Source: Mycobacterium tuberculosis H37Rv (GTDB lineage: Bacteria; Actinomycetota; Actinomycetes; Mycobacteriales; Mycobacteriaceae). From it: a DNA stretch of 32,000 nt. Both the position numbers and the translations under genes were made by a program. The stretch spans positions 180,001 to 212,000 of the forward strand of contig NC_000962.3 of assembly GCF_000195955.2 (NCBI RefSeq), given 5' to 3'. The notes under the pieces are model-generated. The model made no database searches and had not been told where the DNA came from. It was given only the letters and a program-made list of their open reading frames with translations. This document shows positions 7,433 through 14,992 of this stretch, piece by piece (within the stretch, counting starts at the first letter, position 1; each line of letters begins with the position of its first letter).

Positions 7433-8839
7433 TCACGCGATCGGTGGAATCAATCTCGCTACGGACCCGAGGGCGCCACTGAGCACCGACAACTCCGTCA
7501 CACTGGATTGACCGAAGTTGAACATCAGGCCCGGATTCGCCGACGGAAGATACGGATACGTATTGGGTAGCGCGGACTGCGGTAACAATCCGATGCTTAC
7601 TAGGGCGGCTTGGGGGCCTTGCACGGTCCCGGTCGCCAGGGCCGAGGCCACGGCGATCGGGTTGATTGGCGCGAACAGGCTGGCCGGGGTGGGTACGTCG
7701 GCGTAGCCGTAGCCATAGCCCAAGTCGACTAGCACCCGTAGGTCGGGCTGAATCAGCTCGGCTATTGGGGTCCCTACGAAGGGGATGGCGCGAATCGGCT
7801 GCAACAGCGGCAGGTCCTGGGTCAGAAACATGTAGTAATGGGTGTTGCCGGTGTAGCCCGGAGACGTGGGCAACGGCACGGCATTGGCAACCTCGGCCGC
7901 GGTGAAGGGGTACGCGTTGTGCACCCATCTGATGCCCATGAAGGCGTTGAGGTCCGACAAGATATTGAGCGGGTACTGCGGGTTGTGGGCGTAGCCGTCG
8001 TATTGGCCGGTGTACATGTAGGTCTGGTAGGGGGAATCCGGTGGAGTCGCACCGTTGAACGACATATCCAAGAACGGGAGGTAAAGGCCCACGTAACGCT
8101 CGAGGACGCCGCCGTTGGGGTTATTGATATTACCGATCAACGTGAAAGCCAGCCGGCTTGGATCTGGGGCTTGGCCCGGTGGTAACGCCATAAGAGCGCG
8201 TATTTCATTGGTCGCTACCGCGGCGCTTTGCGAGTAGCCGAAAACGACGACGTCATGCCCATTTTGTAGTTCCGCGTTGATGCCGTTGTTCAGCAGCGTG
8301 ACACCCTGGGCGATGGATTGGTCCAGTGACAGGTTCCCGATAAACGGCCACCACTGCTCGGGCGTGTACTGGGCGACCGGGTTGTTGGGCCCGAAAATGG
8401 GCCGAATGTATGCGCTGTCAATGATCGCCAAGACGCGGTCACTAAGGATCGGTTCCCCGGTGCCGCCCATCATCAACGCGGTTAGCGGGTTGCCTGACAG
8501 CATCCCGACAGAACCGAGGGCGCCGCTGGACCCGGCGGTGCCCGACATAGCAGCGGTGTTGCTGGCTTCAGCCTGGGCATAGGCGGCCCCGGCGGCAGCC
8601 AGCGCCCGGGTGAACTCGCCATGGAACGCCGCAGCCTGCTTTAGGACCTCTTGACATTCGCGCGCGTATTCGCTGAACAGCGCTGCAGCGGCCGACGACA
8701 CCTCATCGGCGGCCGCGGCCAGCAGTCCGGTCGTTGGACCCGCAGCGGACGCGCTGGCCGCTCGTATCGCCGAACCGATCCCGTCCACGTCCGCGGCCGT
8801 CGTTGCCAACATCTCCGGGGCCGCGATGACGTAGGACAT
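7433..8839 (-). CDS. PE3: PE-family protein with PE-PPE (hydrolase-like) C-terminal domain, PE3
   Basis: 468-aa ORF with PE N-terminus MSYVIAAPEMLATTAADVDGIGSAI... and a central FGYSQSAAV nucleophile-elbow-like motif. AGGAGA lies 4-5 nt upstream of the ATG. Confidence 0.9.
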   Translation of the reverse strand: MSYVIAAPEMLATTAADVDGIGSAIRAASASAAGPTTGLLAAAADEVSSAAAALFSEYARECQEVLKQAAAFHGEFTRALAAAGAAYAQAEASNTAAMSGTAGSSGALGSVGMLSGNPLTALMMGGTGEPILSDRVLAIIDSAYIRPIFGPNNPVAQYTPEQWWPFIGNLSLDQSIAQGVTLLNNGINAELQNGHDVVVFGYSQSAAVATNEIRALMALPPGQAPDPSRLAFTLIGNINNPNGGVLERYVGLYLPFLDMSFNGATPPDSPYQTYMYTGQYDGYAHNPQYPLNILSDLNAFMGIRWVHNAYPFTAAEVANAVPLPTSPGYTGNTHYYMFLTQDLPLLQPIRAIPFVGTPIAELIQPDLRVLVDLGYGYGYADVPTPASLFAPINPIAVASALATGTVQGPQAALVSIGLLPQSALPNTYPYLPSANPGLMFNFGQSSVTELSVLSGALGSVARLIPPIA

Positions 8840-8885
8840 CTGGTCTCCTGTTCGACGCTGGGGCCCTTAGAGCCTAGAGCGCGCC

Positions 8886-8906
8886 CGCCGGGAAGCCCGG
8901 CGTTTT
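8886..8906 (+). terminator. Intrinsic-terminator-shaped hairpin on the plus strand between PE4 and PE3
   Basis: CGCCGGG (8886-8892), loop AAG, CCCGGCG (8896-8902), then TTTT (8903-8906). No annotated plus-strand gene ends here. Confidence 0.35.
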
Positions 8907-8930
8907 CGGCCAATCGTTATCGCGGCCGCG

Positions 8931-10439
8931 TCAGGTGAAGACCGGTGGCGGGATCAGGTGCAGGATGTTGCCGAGACCGCCACTCATCAGGGATAGCAGT
9001 GTCACCTGTGGCTGGCCGAAGTAGAAATTCAGGCCCGGGTTTATCGACGGGACCCACGGATAGCTGTCCGGGAACCACTCCGGCCCAATCAATCCGGCTT
9101 CCACCCCAATCTCCACGATGGCGCCATAGGGCGCCTGCAGGCTCCCTTTGATCAGGTAATACGTGACAGCGAACGGGTTGGGGATCGAGAACAGCCCGGC
9201 CGGAGTGGGGATATCCGCGTAATTGCCGCCCGGCCCGTAGTCGGCGTAGCCCAAGTCGACGAGCACCCGCAGCTGCGGCTGGAACAGGTCGGCGATCGGG
9301 GGACCGGCGTAGGGGATGTCACGGATCGGCTGGAGCAGTGGCAGATCCTGAGTCAGGAACATGTAGTACTGGGTGTTGCCGGTATAGCCCGGGGAGGTCG
9401 GCAACGGCACCGCGTTATCCACCTGGGTGGCCATGAGTTCCGGGTACGTGTTGTGCACGTAGAAGTAGCCCATGAAGGCGTTGATGTCCGACAGGATGCG
9501 CAGCGGGAATTGCGGCGCGTGGGCGATGCCGTCGTACTGGGCCGTGTAAATGTGTGTCGGGTAGGGACTATTCGCCGGGGTTGCGCCATTGAACGGCACG
9601 TCCAGGAACGGGATGTAGAAGCCGGGGAAGCGCGCCAGCAGCCCGCCGACGGGATTGTTGCCACTACCAATCATGACGAAGGAGATATCGTCCGGATTCG
9701 GCGAACCCATCGCCATCAGCGAATTGATGTAGTTGTTGATGATCGTGGCGCTCTGCGAGTAGCCGAACGCAACGACCTTGTTGTCGAGGGCCAGTTGGTT
9801 GTTGACGGCGGTATTCAGCAGCGCCACGCCTTCGGTGACGGACTGGTTGAACGTCAGATTGCCGAGGTCGGGGGTAACCGGCCAGAACTGCTCGGGCGTG
9901 AACAGGCCTTGCGAGACAGCACCCGGGAAGAGGGTCTGGATGAAAGCCTTGTTGATGTCTGTCACGTACTCGGGGTCGGGTAGCGGGTTATTGGTGCCGC
10001 CCATAATCAACGCCGTTATCGGACTCTCCGCAGCCAGCTGCGCGATCGCCGGCAGCCCGCCGGCCCCGCTGGATCCGTTGGGGCTCAACGGCGCACGGCC
10101 CAACAGCGTCCGGATCGGTGCGTTGATAGTGTCCAGCGCGTGCGATACCCGGGCCGCATTGGCCGCTTCGGCGTGTGCGTAGGCGTTGCCGGCGGCCTCC
10201 AACGTCCGGGTGAACTCGCTGTGGAACGCCGCGGCCTGCTTGACGACCGCCTGATACTCCCGCCCGTATGCGCTGAACAGGGCCGCCGTTGCCGCCGAAA
10301 CCTCATCGCCGGCCGCGGCCAGCAGGTTACATGTCGGGCCTGCCGCAGCCGCGTTGGCGGCCCGCAGCGTGGAAGCGATCTCATCCACATGGGCAGCTGC
10401 CGTCGCCAGCATGTCAGGGGCTGTGACCAGGTGCGACAT
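8931..10439 (-). CDS. PE4: PE-family protein with PE-PPE (hydrolase-like) C-terminal domain, PE4
   Basis: 502-aa ORF with PE N-terminus MSHLVTAPDMLATAAAHVDEIASTL..., the FGYSQSATI motif and a C-terminal half colinear with PE3. Confidence 0.9.
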   Translation of the reverse strand: MSHLVTAPDMLATAAAHVDEIASTLRAANAAAAGPTCNLLAAAGDEVSAATAALFSAYGREYQAVVKQAAAFHSEFTRTLEAAGNAYAHAEAANAARVSHALDTINAPIRTLLGRAPLSPNGSSGAGGLPAIAQLAAESPITALIMGGTNNPLPDPEYVTDINKAFIQTLFPGAVSQGLFTPEQFWPVTPDLGNLTFNQSVTEGVALLNTAVNNQLALDNKVVAFGYSQSATIINNYINSLMAMGSPNPDDISFVMIGSGNNPVGGLLARFPGFYIPFLDVPFNGATPANSPYPTHIYTAQYDGIAHAPQFPLRILSDINAFMGYFYVHNTYPELMATQVDNAVPLPTSPGYTGNTQYYMFLTQDLPLLQPIRDIPYAGPPIADLFQPQLRVLVDLGYADYGPGGNYADIPTPAGLFSIPNPFAVTYYLIKGSLQAPYGAIVEIGVEAGLIGPEWFPDSYPWVPSINPGLNFYFGQPQVTLLSLMSGGLGNILHLIPPPVFT

Positions 10440-10606
10440 CTCCCCGTCCTTCCCAACGGACCGGCGCCCGCACCGGTCACTTGGGACTGACCCGCTACCG
10501 CGGGTATTAGGTACTTAACGAGAGTAAGGCGGTCCTGCCGCTACGTCCGGCGTTTGGACAAACCTCGATGACTGCCTGACCTATGGCGGCTGCTATAACC
10601 GCGAGC

Positions 10607-11956
10607 ATGCTAACCAGCTTGGTGAGTGCGGTCGGATCGCATCACGTCACCACCGACCCTGACGTGCTGGCCGGCCGCAGCGTCGACCACACCGGCCGCT
10701 ATCGGGGCCGGGCCAGCGCGCTGGTGCGGCCCGGCTCGGCTGAAGAGGTCGCCGAAGTGCTGCGGGTGTGCCGGGACGCTGGAGCCTATGTCACCGTTCA
10801 AGGCGGCCGCACCTCACTGGTGGCGGGCACCGTTCCCGAACACGACGACGTGCTGCTGTCTACCGAACGGCTTTGCGTCGTCAGCGATGTCGATACCGTT
10901 GAGCGCCGAATCGAGATCGGTGCCGGGGTCACACTGGCCGCGGTGCAGCACGCCGCGTCAACGGCTGGGCTGGTGTTCGGCGTGGATTTGTCGGCCCGGG
11001 ATACCGCGACCGTCGGTGGCATGGCCTCGACGAACGCCGGCGGATTGCGCACGGTCCGTTACGGCAACATGGGCGAGCAGGTTGTCGGGCTAGACGTCGC
11101 GCTGCCCGACGGTACGGTGCTGCGCCGGCACAGCCGGGTGCGTCGCGACAACACCGGCTACGACCTGCCCGCGCTGTTCGTCGGGGCCGAAGGCACCCTG
11201 GGGGTTATCACCGCGCTGGATCTGCGGCTGCACCCCACCCCGTCGCATCGGGTGACAGCCGTGTGCGGGTTCGCCGAGCTGGCAGCGCTGGTCGATGCCG
11301 GCCGAATGTTCCGCGACGTGGAGGGCATCGCGGCGTTGGAATTGATTGACGGTCGGGCCGCCGCGCTAACCCGTGAACATCTTGGCGTTCGCCCCCCCGT
11401 CGAGGCTGACTGGTTGCTATTGGTGGAACTGGCCGCCGACCACGATCAGACCGACCGGCTCGCCGACCTGCTCGGCGGTGCACGGATGTGCGGGGAGCCC
11501 GCGGTCGGTGTGGATGCCGCTGCGCAGCAACGGTTGTGGCGCACCCGTGAATCGCTGGCCGAGGTGCTCGGTGTGTACGGCCCGCCGCTGAAGTTCGACG
11601 TCTCGCTGCCATTGTCGGCGATCAGCGGCTTCGCCCGAGATGCGGTCGCGTTGGTTCACCGACACGTCCCGGATTCTCCGGAGGCGTTGCCGCTGTTGTT
11701 CGGTCACATCGGTGAGGGCAACCTGCACCTGAACGTGCTGCGTTGCCCGCCTGATCGGGAACCGGCGTTGTACGCAAAGATGATGGGCCTCATCGCCGAA
11801 TGCGGCGGTAACGTCAGTTCAGAACATGGGGTGGGCAGCCGCAAGCGTGCCTACCTGGGAATGTCCCGGCAGGCCAACGACGTCGCCGCGATGCGGAGGG
11901 TCAAGGCGGCGTTGGACCCGACCGGGTACCTTAACGCCGCGGTCTTGTTCGACTGA
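10607..11956 (+). CDS. FAD-linked oxidase/dehydrogenase (GlcD / D-lactate dehydrogenase-like; Rv0161-like)
   Basis: ORF 10583..11956. The FAD_binding_4-type region contains VTVQGGRTSLVAGTVP and the C-terminus contains SSEHGVGSRKRAYL. ATG 10607 (MLTSLVSAVG) is preferred, but ATG 10583 is possible. Confidence 0.85.
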   Translation: MLTSLVSAVGSHHVTTDPDVLAGRSVDHTGRYRGRASALVRPGSAEEVAEVLRVCRDAGAYVTVQGGRTSLVAGTVPEHDDVLLSTERLCVVSDVDTVERRIEIGAGVTLAAVQHAASTAGLVFGVDLSARDTATVGGMASTNAGGLRTVRYGNMGEQVVGLDVALPDGTVLRRHSRVRRDNTGYDLPALFVGAEGTLGVITALDLRLHPTPSHRVTAVCGFAELAALVDAGRMFRDVEGIAALELIDGRAAALTREHLGVRPPVEADWLLLVELAADHDQTDRLADLLGGARMCGEPAVGVDAAAQQRLWRTRESLAEVLGVYGPPLKFDVSLPLSAISGFARDAVALVHRHVPDSPEALPLLFGHIGEGNLHLNVLRCPPDREPALYAKMMGLIAECGGNVSSEHGVGSRKRAYLGMSRQANDVAAMRRVKAALDPTGYLNAAVLFD

Positions 11957-11983
11957 CCGGTGCTGCGCAAGCATTCAGCGCCT

Positions 11984-13135
11984 TTAGAGATCACCGGTGA
12001 AACTGATGAGCTGACGCACCGCGATGCCATCGGCGAGGTGGTCCATCGCCTCGTTGATATCGTCCAACCGAATCGTTGACGTCACCAGCGACTCCACCGG
12101 CAGACGGCCCGATTGCCACAACGACACGAAGCGGGGAATGTCGTGGCTGGGCACCGCCGAACCCAGATAGCTGCCGATCAGTGACCGGCCTTCGGTGACA
12201 AAATCCAACGGCGACAAGCTGATCCGGACATCCGGTGGCGGCAACCCGACGGTGATGGTGCGCCCTCCGGGCGCGGTAAGCCCGATCGCGGTGTGCAGCG
12301 CGGCAGGATGACCGACGGCTTCGACAACCACGGCGGCTTTGACCCCGCCGGCCGTGGCCTGCTGCGGTGTGTAGATCTCATGGGCGCCCAAGGCCTTTGC
12401 GGCCGACAGCTTTTCGGGTAGCTGATCGACGGCGACCACACGAACGTCTGTATACGTCAAAGCGGTGAGCACCGCTGCCATACCGACGCCCCCGAGGCCG
12501 ACGACGGCGACCGACTGGCCGGGCTGCGGATCACCGACGTTGAGTACCGCACCCCCACCGGTGAGCACCGCGCACCCGAGTAGGGCAGCGACGGTGGGCG
12601 GCACCTCGTGCGGCACCGGAACCACGCTGGCCCGGTTGACGACGACATGGGTCGCGAAACCCGAGACGCCGAGGTGGTGGTACACCGGGCGGCCGCCCCG
12701 GCTGAGCCGGATACCGCCACCGAGCAGTGTGCCGGCCTTGTTGGCCGCGCTGCCCGGTTCGCACGGCGTCCGACCGTCGGTCGCGCACGCCGCGCACTGG
12801 CCGCAACGCGGAAGGAACACCAGCACGACTCGCTGACCGACCGCGACCCCGTCGACGCCGTCGCCGACCTGCTCGACGATTCCAGCGGCTTCATGACCGA
12901 GCAAGATCGGCACCGGCCGTACCCGGGTGCCGTCGACCACCGACAGGTCGGAGTGGCACACGCCCGCAGCCTCGATTCGGACAAGGACCTCACCGCGGTC
13001 GGGCGGGTCCAGGTGCAGCTCGACGACGCTGATTGGTTTCGACCGCCAATAGGGCCGCGGCACACCGATCTGGTCTAGCACCGCGCCCCGGATGGCAGGC
13101 ATGTTGGAATACAACCATGGCTGCACTGCCGGCAC
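11984..13135 (-). CDS. adhE1: Zinc-type alcohol dehydrogenase
   Basis: Contains GHEAAGIVEQVG, the structural-zinc Cys cluster CGQCAACATDGRTPC and the Rossmann motif VAVVGLGGVGMAAV. The longest ORF starts at 13135. The internal ATG 13102 (MPAIRGAVL) is an alternative. Confidence 0.88.
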   Translation of the reverse strand: MPAVQPWLYSNMPAIRGAVLDQIGVPRPYWRSKPISVVELHLDPPDRGEVLVRIEAAGVCHSDLSVVDGTRVRPVPILLGHEAAGIVEQVGDGVDGVAVGQRVVLVFLPRCGQCAACATDGRTPCEPGSAANKAGTLLGGGIRLSRGGRPVYHHLGVSGFATHVVVNRASVVPVPHEVPPTVAALLGCAVLTGGGAVLNVGDPQPGQSVAVVGLGGVGMAAVLTALTYTDVRVVAVDQLPEKLSAAKALGAHEIYTPQQATAGGVKAAVVVEAVGHPAALHTAIGLTAPGGRTITVGLPPPDVRISLSPLDFVTEGRSLIGSYLGSAVPSHDIPRFVSLWQSGRLPVESLVTSTIRLDDINEAMDHLADGIAVRQLISFTGDL

Positions 13136-13572
13136 CGGAGAAGCTCCTGCGCAGCGACTTTCCGGTGCTGTGGCCGGTGGGAACTCGATGGGCCGACAAC
13201 GACATGTTCGGCCACCTCAACAACGCCGTCTACTACCAGCTGTTTGACACCGCGATAAACGCCTGGATCAACACGAGCACCGGGGTTGACCCGCTCGCGA
13301 TGCCTGTGCTGGGCATTGTCGCGGAGTCGGGCTGCCGTTATTTCTCGGAACTGCGTTTCCCGGAGAGCCTAATGGTGGGCCTGGCTGTGACGCGGTTGGG
13401 GCGCAGCAGCGTCACCTACCGGCTGGGTGTGTTTAAGGAGCCTGACGATGCGGGGGTGATCACCGCACTCGGGCACTGGGTGCACGTCTATGTCGATCGG
13501 ACTAGCCGCAGGCCGGTTCCGATTCCCGAGGCCATTCGGTCGCTGTTGTCGACGGCTTGCGTAAGCGGATAA
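13117..13572 (+). CDS. Hotdog-fold (4HBT/YbgC-like) acyl-CoA thioesterase (Rv0163-like)
   Basis: ORF 13033..13572. RWADNDMFGHLNNAVYYQLFDTAINAWI is the typical 4HBT N-terminal catalytic region. ATG 13117 is chosen because the upstream extension is antisense to adhE1. Confidence 0.8.
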   Translation: MAALPAPEKLLRSDFPVLWPVGTRWADNDMFGHLNNAVYYQLFDTAINAWINTSTGVDPLAMPVLGIVAESGCRYFSELRFPESLMVGLAVTRLGRSSVTYRLGVFKEPDDAGVITALGHWVHVYVDRTSRRPVPIPEAIRSLLSTACVSG

Positions 13573-13625
13573 GCCGCGCCCAGATTGCGTTCAGGGCTGT
13601 GATTTTCGCCGCTCCAACCACAGCC

Positions 13626-14111
13626 ATGACGGCAATCTCGTGCTCACCGCGACCCAGGTATGCTTCCCGAATGCCAGTTTTGAGCAAGACCGTCGAGGTC
13701 ACCGCCGACGCCGCATCGATCATGGCCATCGTTGCCGATATCGAGCGCTACCCAGAGTGGAATGAAGGGGTCAAGGGCGCATGGGTGCTCGCTCGCTACG
13801 ATGACGGGCGTCCCAGCCAGGTGCGGCTCGACACCGCTGTTCAAGGCATCGAGGGCACCTATATCCACGCCGTGTACTACCCAGGCGAAAACCAGATTCA
13901 AACCGTCATGCAGCAGGGTGAACTGTTTGCCAAGCAGGAGCAGCTGTTCAGTGTGGTGGCAACCGGCGCCGCGAGCTTGCTCACGGTGGACATGGACGTC
14001 CAGGTCACCATGCCGGTGCCCGAGCCGATGGTGAAGATGCTGCTCAACAACGTCCTGGAGCATCTCGCCGAAAATCTCAAGCAGCGCGCCGAGCAGCTGG
14101 CGGCCAGCTAA
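13626..14111 (+). CDS. TB18.5: SRPBCC (START / polyketide cyclase-dehydrase-like) protein TB18.5
   Basis: ORF 13557..14111. SKTVEVTADAASIMAIVADIERYPEWNEGVK is typical of the SRPBCC N-terminus. Start is ATG 13626. Confidence 0.8.
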   Translation: MTAISCSPRPRYASRMPVLSKTVEVTADAASIMAIVADIERYPEWNEGVKGAWVLARYDDGRPSQVRLDTAVQGIEGTYIHAVYYPGENQIQTVMQQGELFAKQEQLFSVVATGAASLLTVDMDVQVTMPVPEPMVKMLLNNVLEHLAENLKQRAEQLAAS

Positions 14112-14143
14112 GGCATGTGCGGGCTCAGCCGAAGACTTCGGTC

Positions 14144-14815
14144 TCAGCCAGGGCCTCCGTCAGCCTGCGTGCCCCATCGGTGAACTGCCAGACGGTGTGC
14201 TCGATTACGGCGGCTGTGTCGCGGCGGCGCAGCGCGGCGATCAGCTGCCGATGACTGTTCACCGCGTCCGCGCCCCATCGCGGGTCGGCCGCGAACACCT
14301 GCGCCCATATAGCGCGCGGCATTAAGCAGGAACCAGGCCAACTTGATCCGGCGGCTCGCTTTGTTGAAGACGCGGTGGAACGCGAACTCGATCGACGCGA
14401 TGGTTTTGGCATCACCGGACCCGATAGCACCGGCCAGCGCATTGTTGATGCGGTCCAGCTCGTCGATCTCAACGTCGGTGATGTGAGCGGTGGCCGATGT
14501 GGCAAGTTCTTGGGCAATGGTGGCCTGCAGCCAGAAAATGTCGTCGATGTCTTGGCGGGTCAACGGCAGCACCACGTGGCCGCGATGTGGCTCCAGCCCG
14601 ACCATCCCCTCACCGCGCAGTTTCAGCAGCGCCTCCCGCACCGGCGTGACGCTGACTCCGAGCTCGGCTGCCGTCTCGTCGAGACGGATGAACGTTCCAG
14701 AGCGCAGGGCGCCCGACATGATGGCGGCCCGCAGGTGGCCCGCGACCTCGTCGGACAACTGTGCCCGGCGCAGGGGAAGCTGGCTCCGCGGCTTCGCCGA
14801 TAGAGGTGCGTTCAC
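14144..14815 (-). CDS. mce1R: GntR/FadR-family repressor of the mce1 operon. The literal ORF has an aberrant C-terminus, and the conserved C-terminal helices are encoded in another frame ending at 14125.
   Basis: ORF 14144..14938. The winged-HTH reads LSDEVAGHLRAAIMSGALRSGTFIRLDETAAELGVSVTPVREALLKLRGEGMV. An FCD domain follows through FAFHRVFNKASRRIKLAWFLLNAARY. After about 14309 the frame becomes Arg/Gly-rich nonsense. Frame ORF 14125..14517 instead gives WAQVFAADPRWGADAVNSHRQLIAALRRRDTAAVIEHTVWQF. Start GTG 14815 is preferred because the TTG 14938 extension is Pro-rich low complexity. Confidence 0.85.
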   Translation of the reverse strand: MNAPLSAKPRSQLPLRRAQLSDEVAGHLRAAIMSGALRSGTFIRLDETAAELGVSVTPVREALLKLRGEGMVGLEPHRGHVVLPLTRQDIDDIFWLQATIAQELATSATAHITDVEIDELDRINNALAGAIGSGDAKTIASIEFAFHRVFNKASRRIKLAWFLLNAARYMGAGVRGRPAMGRGRGEQSSAADRRAAPPRHSRRNRAHRLAVHRWGTQADGGPG

Positions 14816-14835
14816 GTGGCTTGCCAGGACTTTCA

Positions 14836-14893
14836 GGGTCGGGCCGGGATTGCCGGGGACTTGCCGGGGGCTTGGCGGGGGCTTGTTGTTGGG
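14836..14893 (+). repeat. G-run cluster including about four tandem 10-11-bp units (GCCGGGATTG / CCGGGGACTTG / CCGGGGGCTTG / GCGGGGGCTTG)
   Basis: Read directly. The G-runs are at 14836-38, 14841-43, 14846-48, 14855-58, 14866-70, 14877-81 and 14891-93. The tandem units span 14843-14885. The cluster lies in the mce1R-fadD5 divergent region. Confidence 0.8.
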
Positions 14894-14992
14894 CCGCTCA
14901 GGCCATAGTGTGACCCAGACAACATCATGCTTTATCAAATATCAACCTGGCGCAAGGGATGCGCAAGTGAAAGGAAGGGAAGGAAGGGATAG

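Noticed and set aside
14124-14149. Palindrome CCGAAGaCTTCGG flanked by the direct repeat CTCAGCC between TB18.5 and mce1R, considered as a bidirectional terminator
   Set aside because: A 1-nt centre means only a ~4-bp usable stem. There is no U-tract. It also lies within the likely true C-terminal codons of mce1R.
14816-14938. N-terminal extension of mce1R to TTG 14938 (264-aa version)
   Set aside because: The extension translates the C-rich complement of the G-run tandem array into Pro-rich low complexity (NNKPPPSPRQVPGNPGP) and precedes the HTH by an atypically long stretch. It cannot be excluded without N-terminal data.
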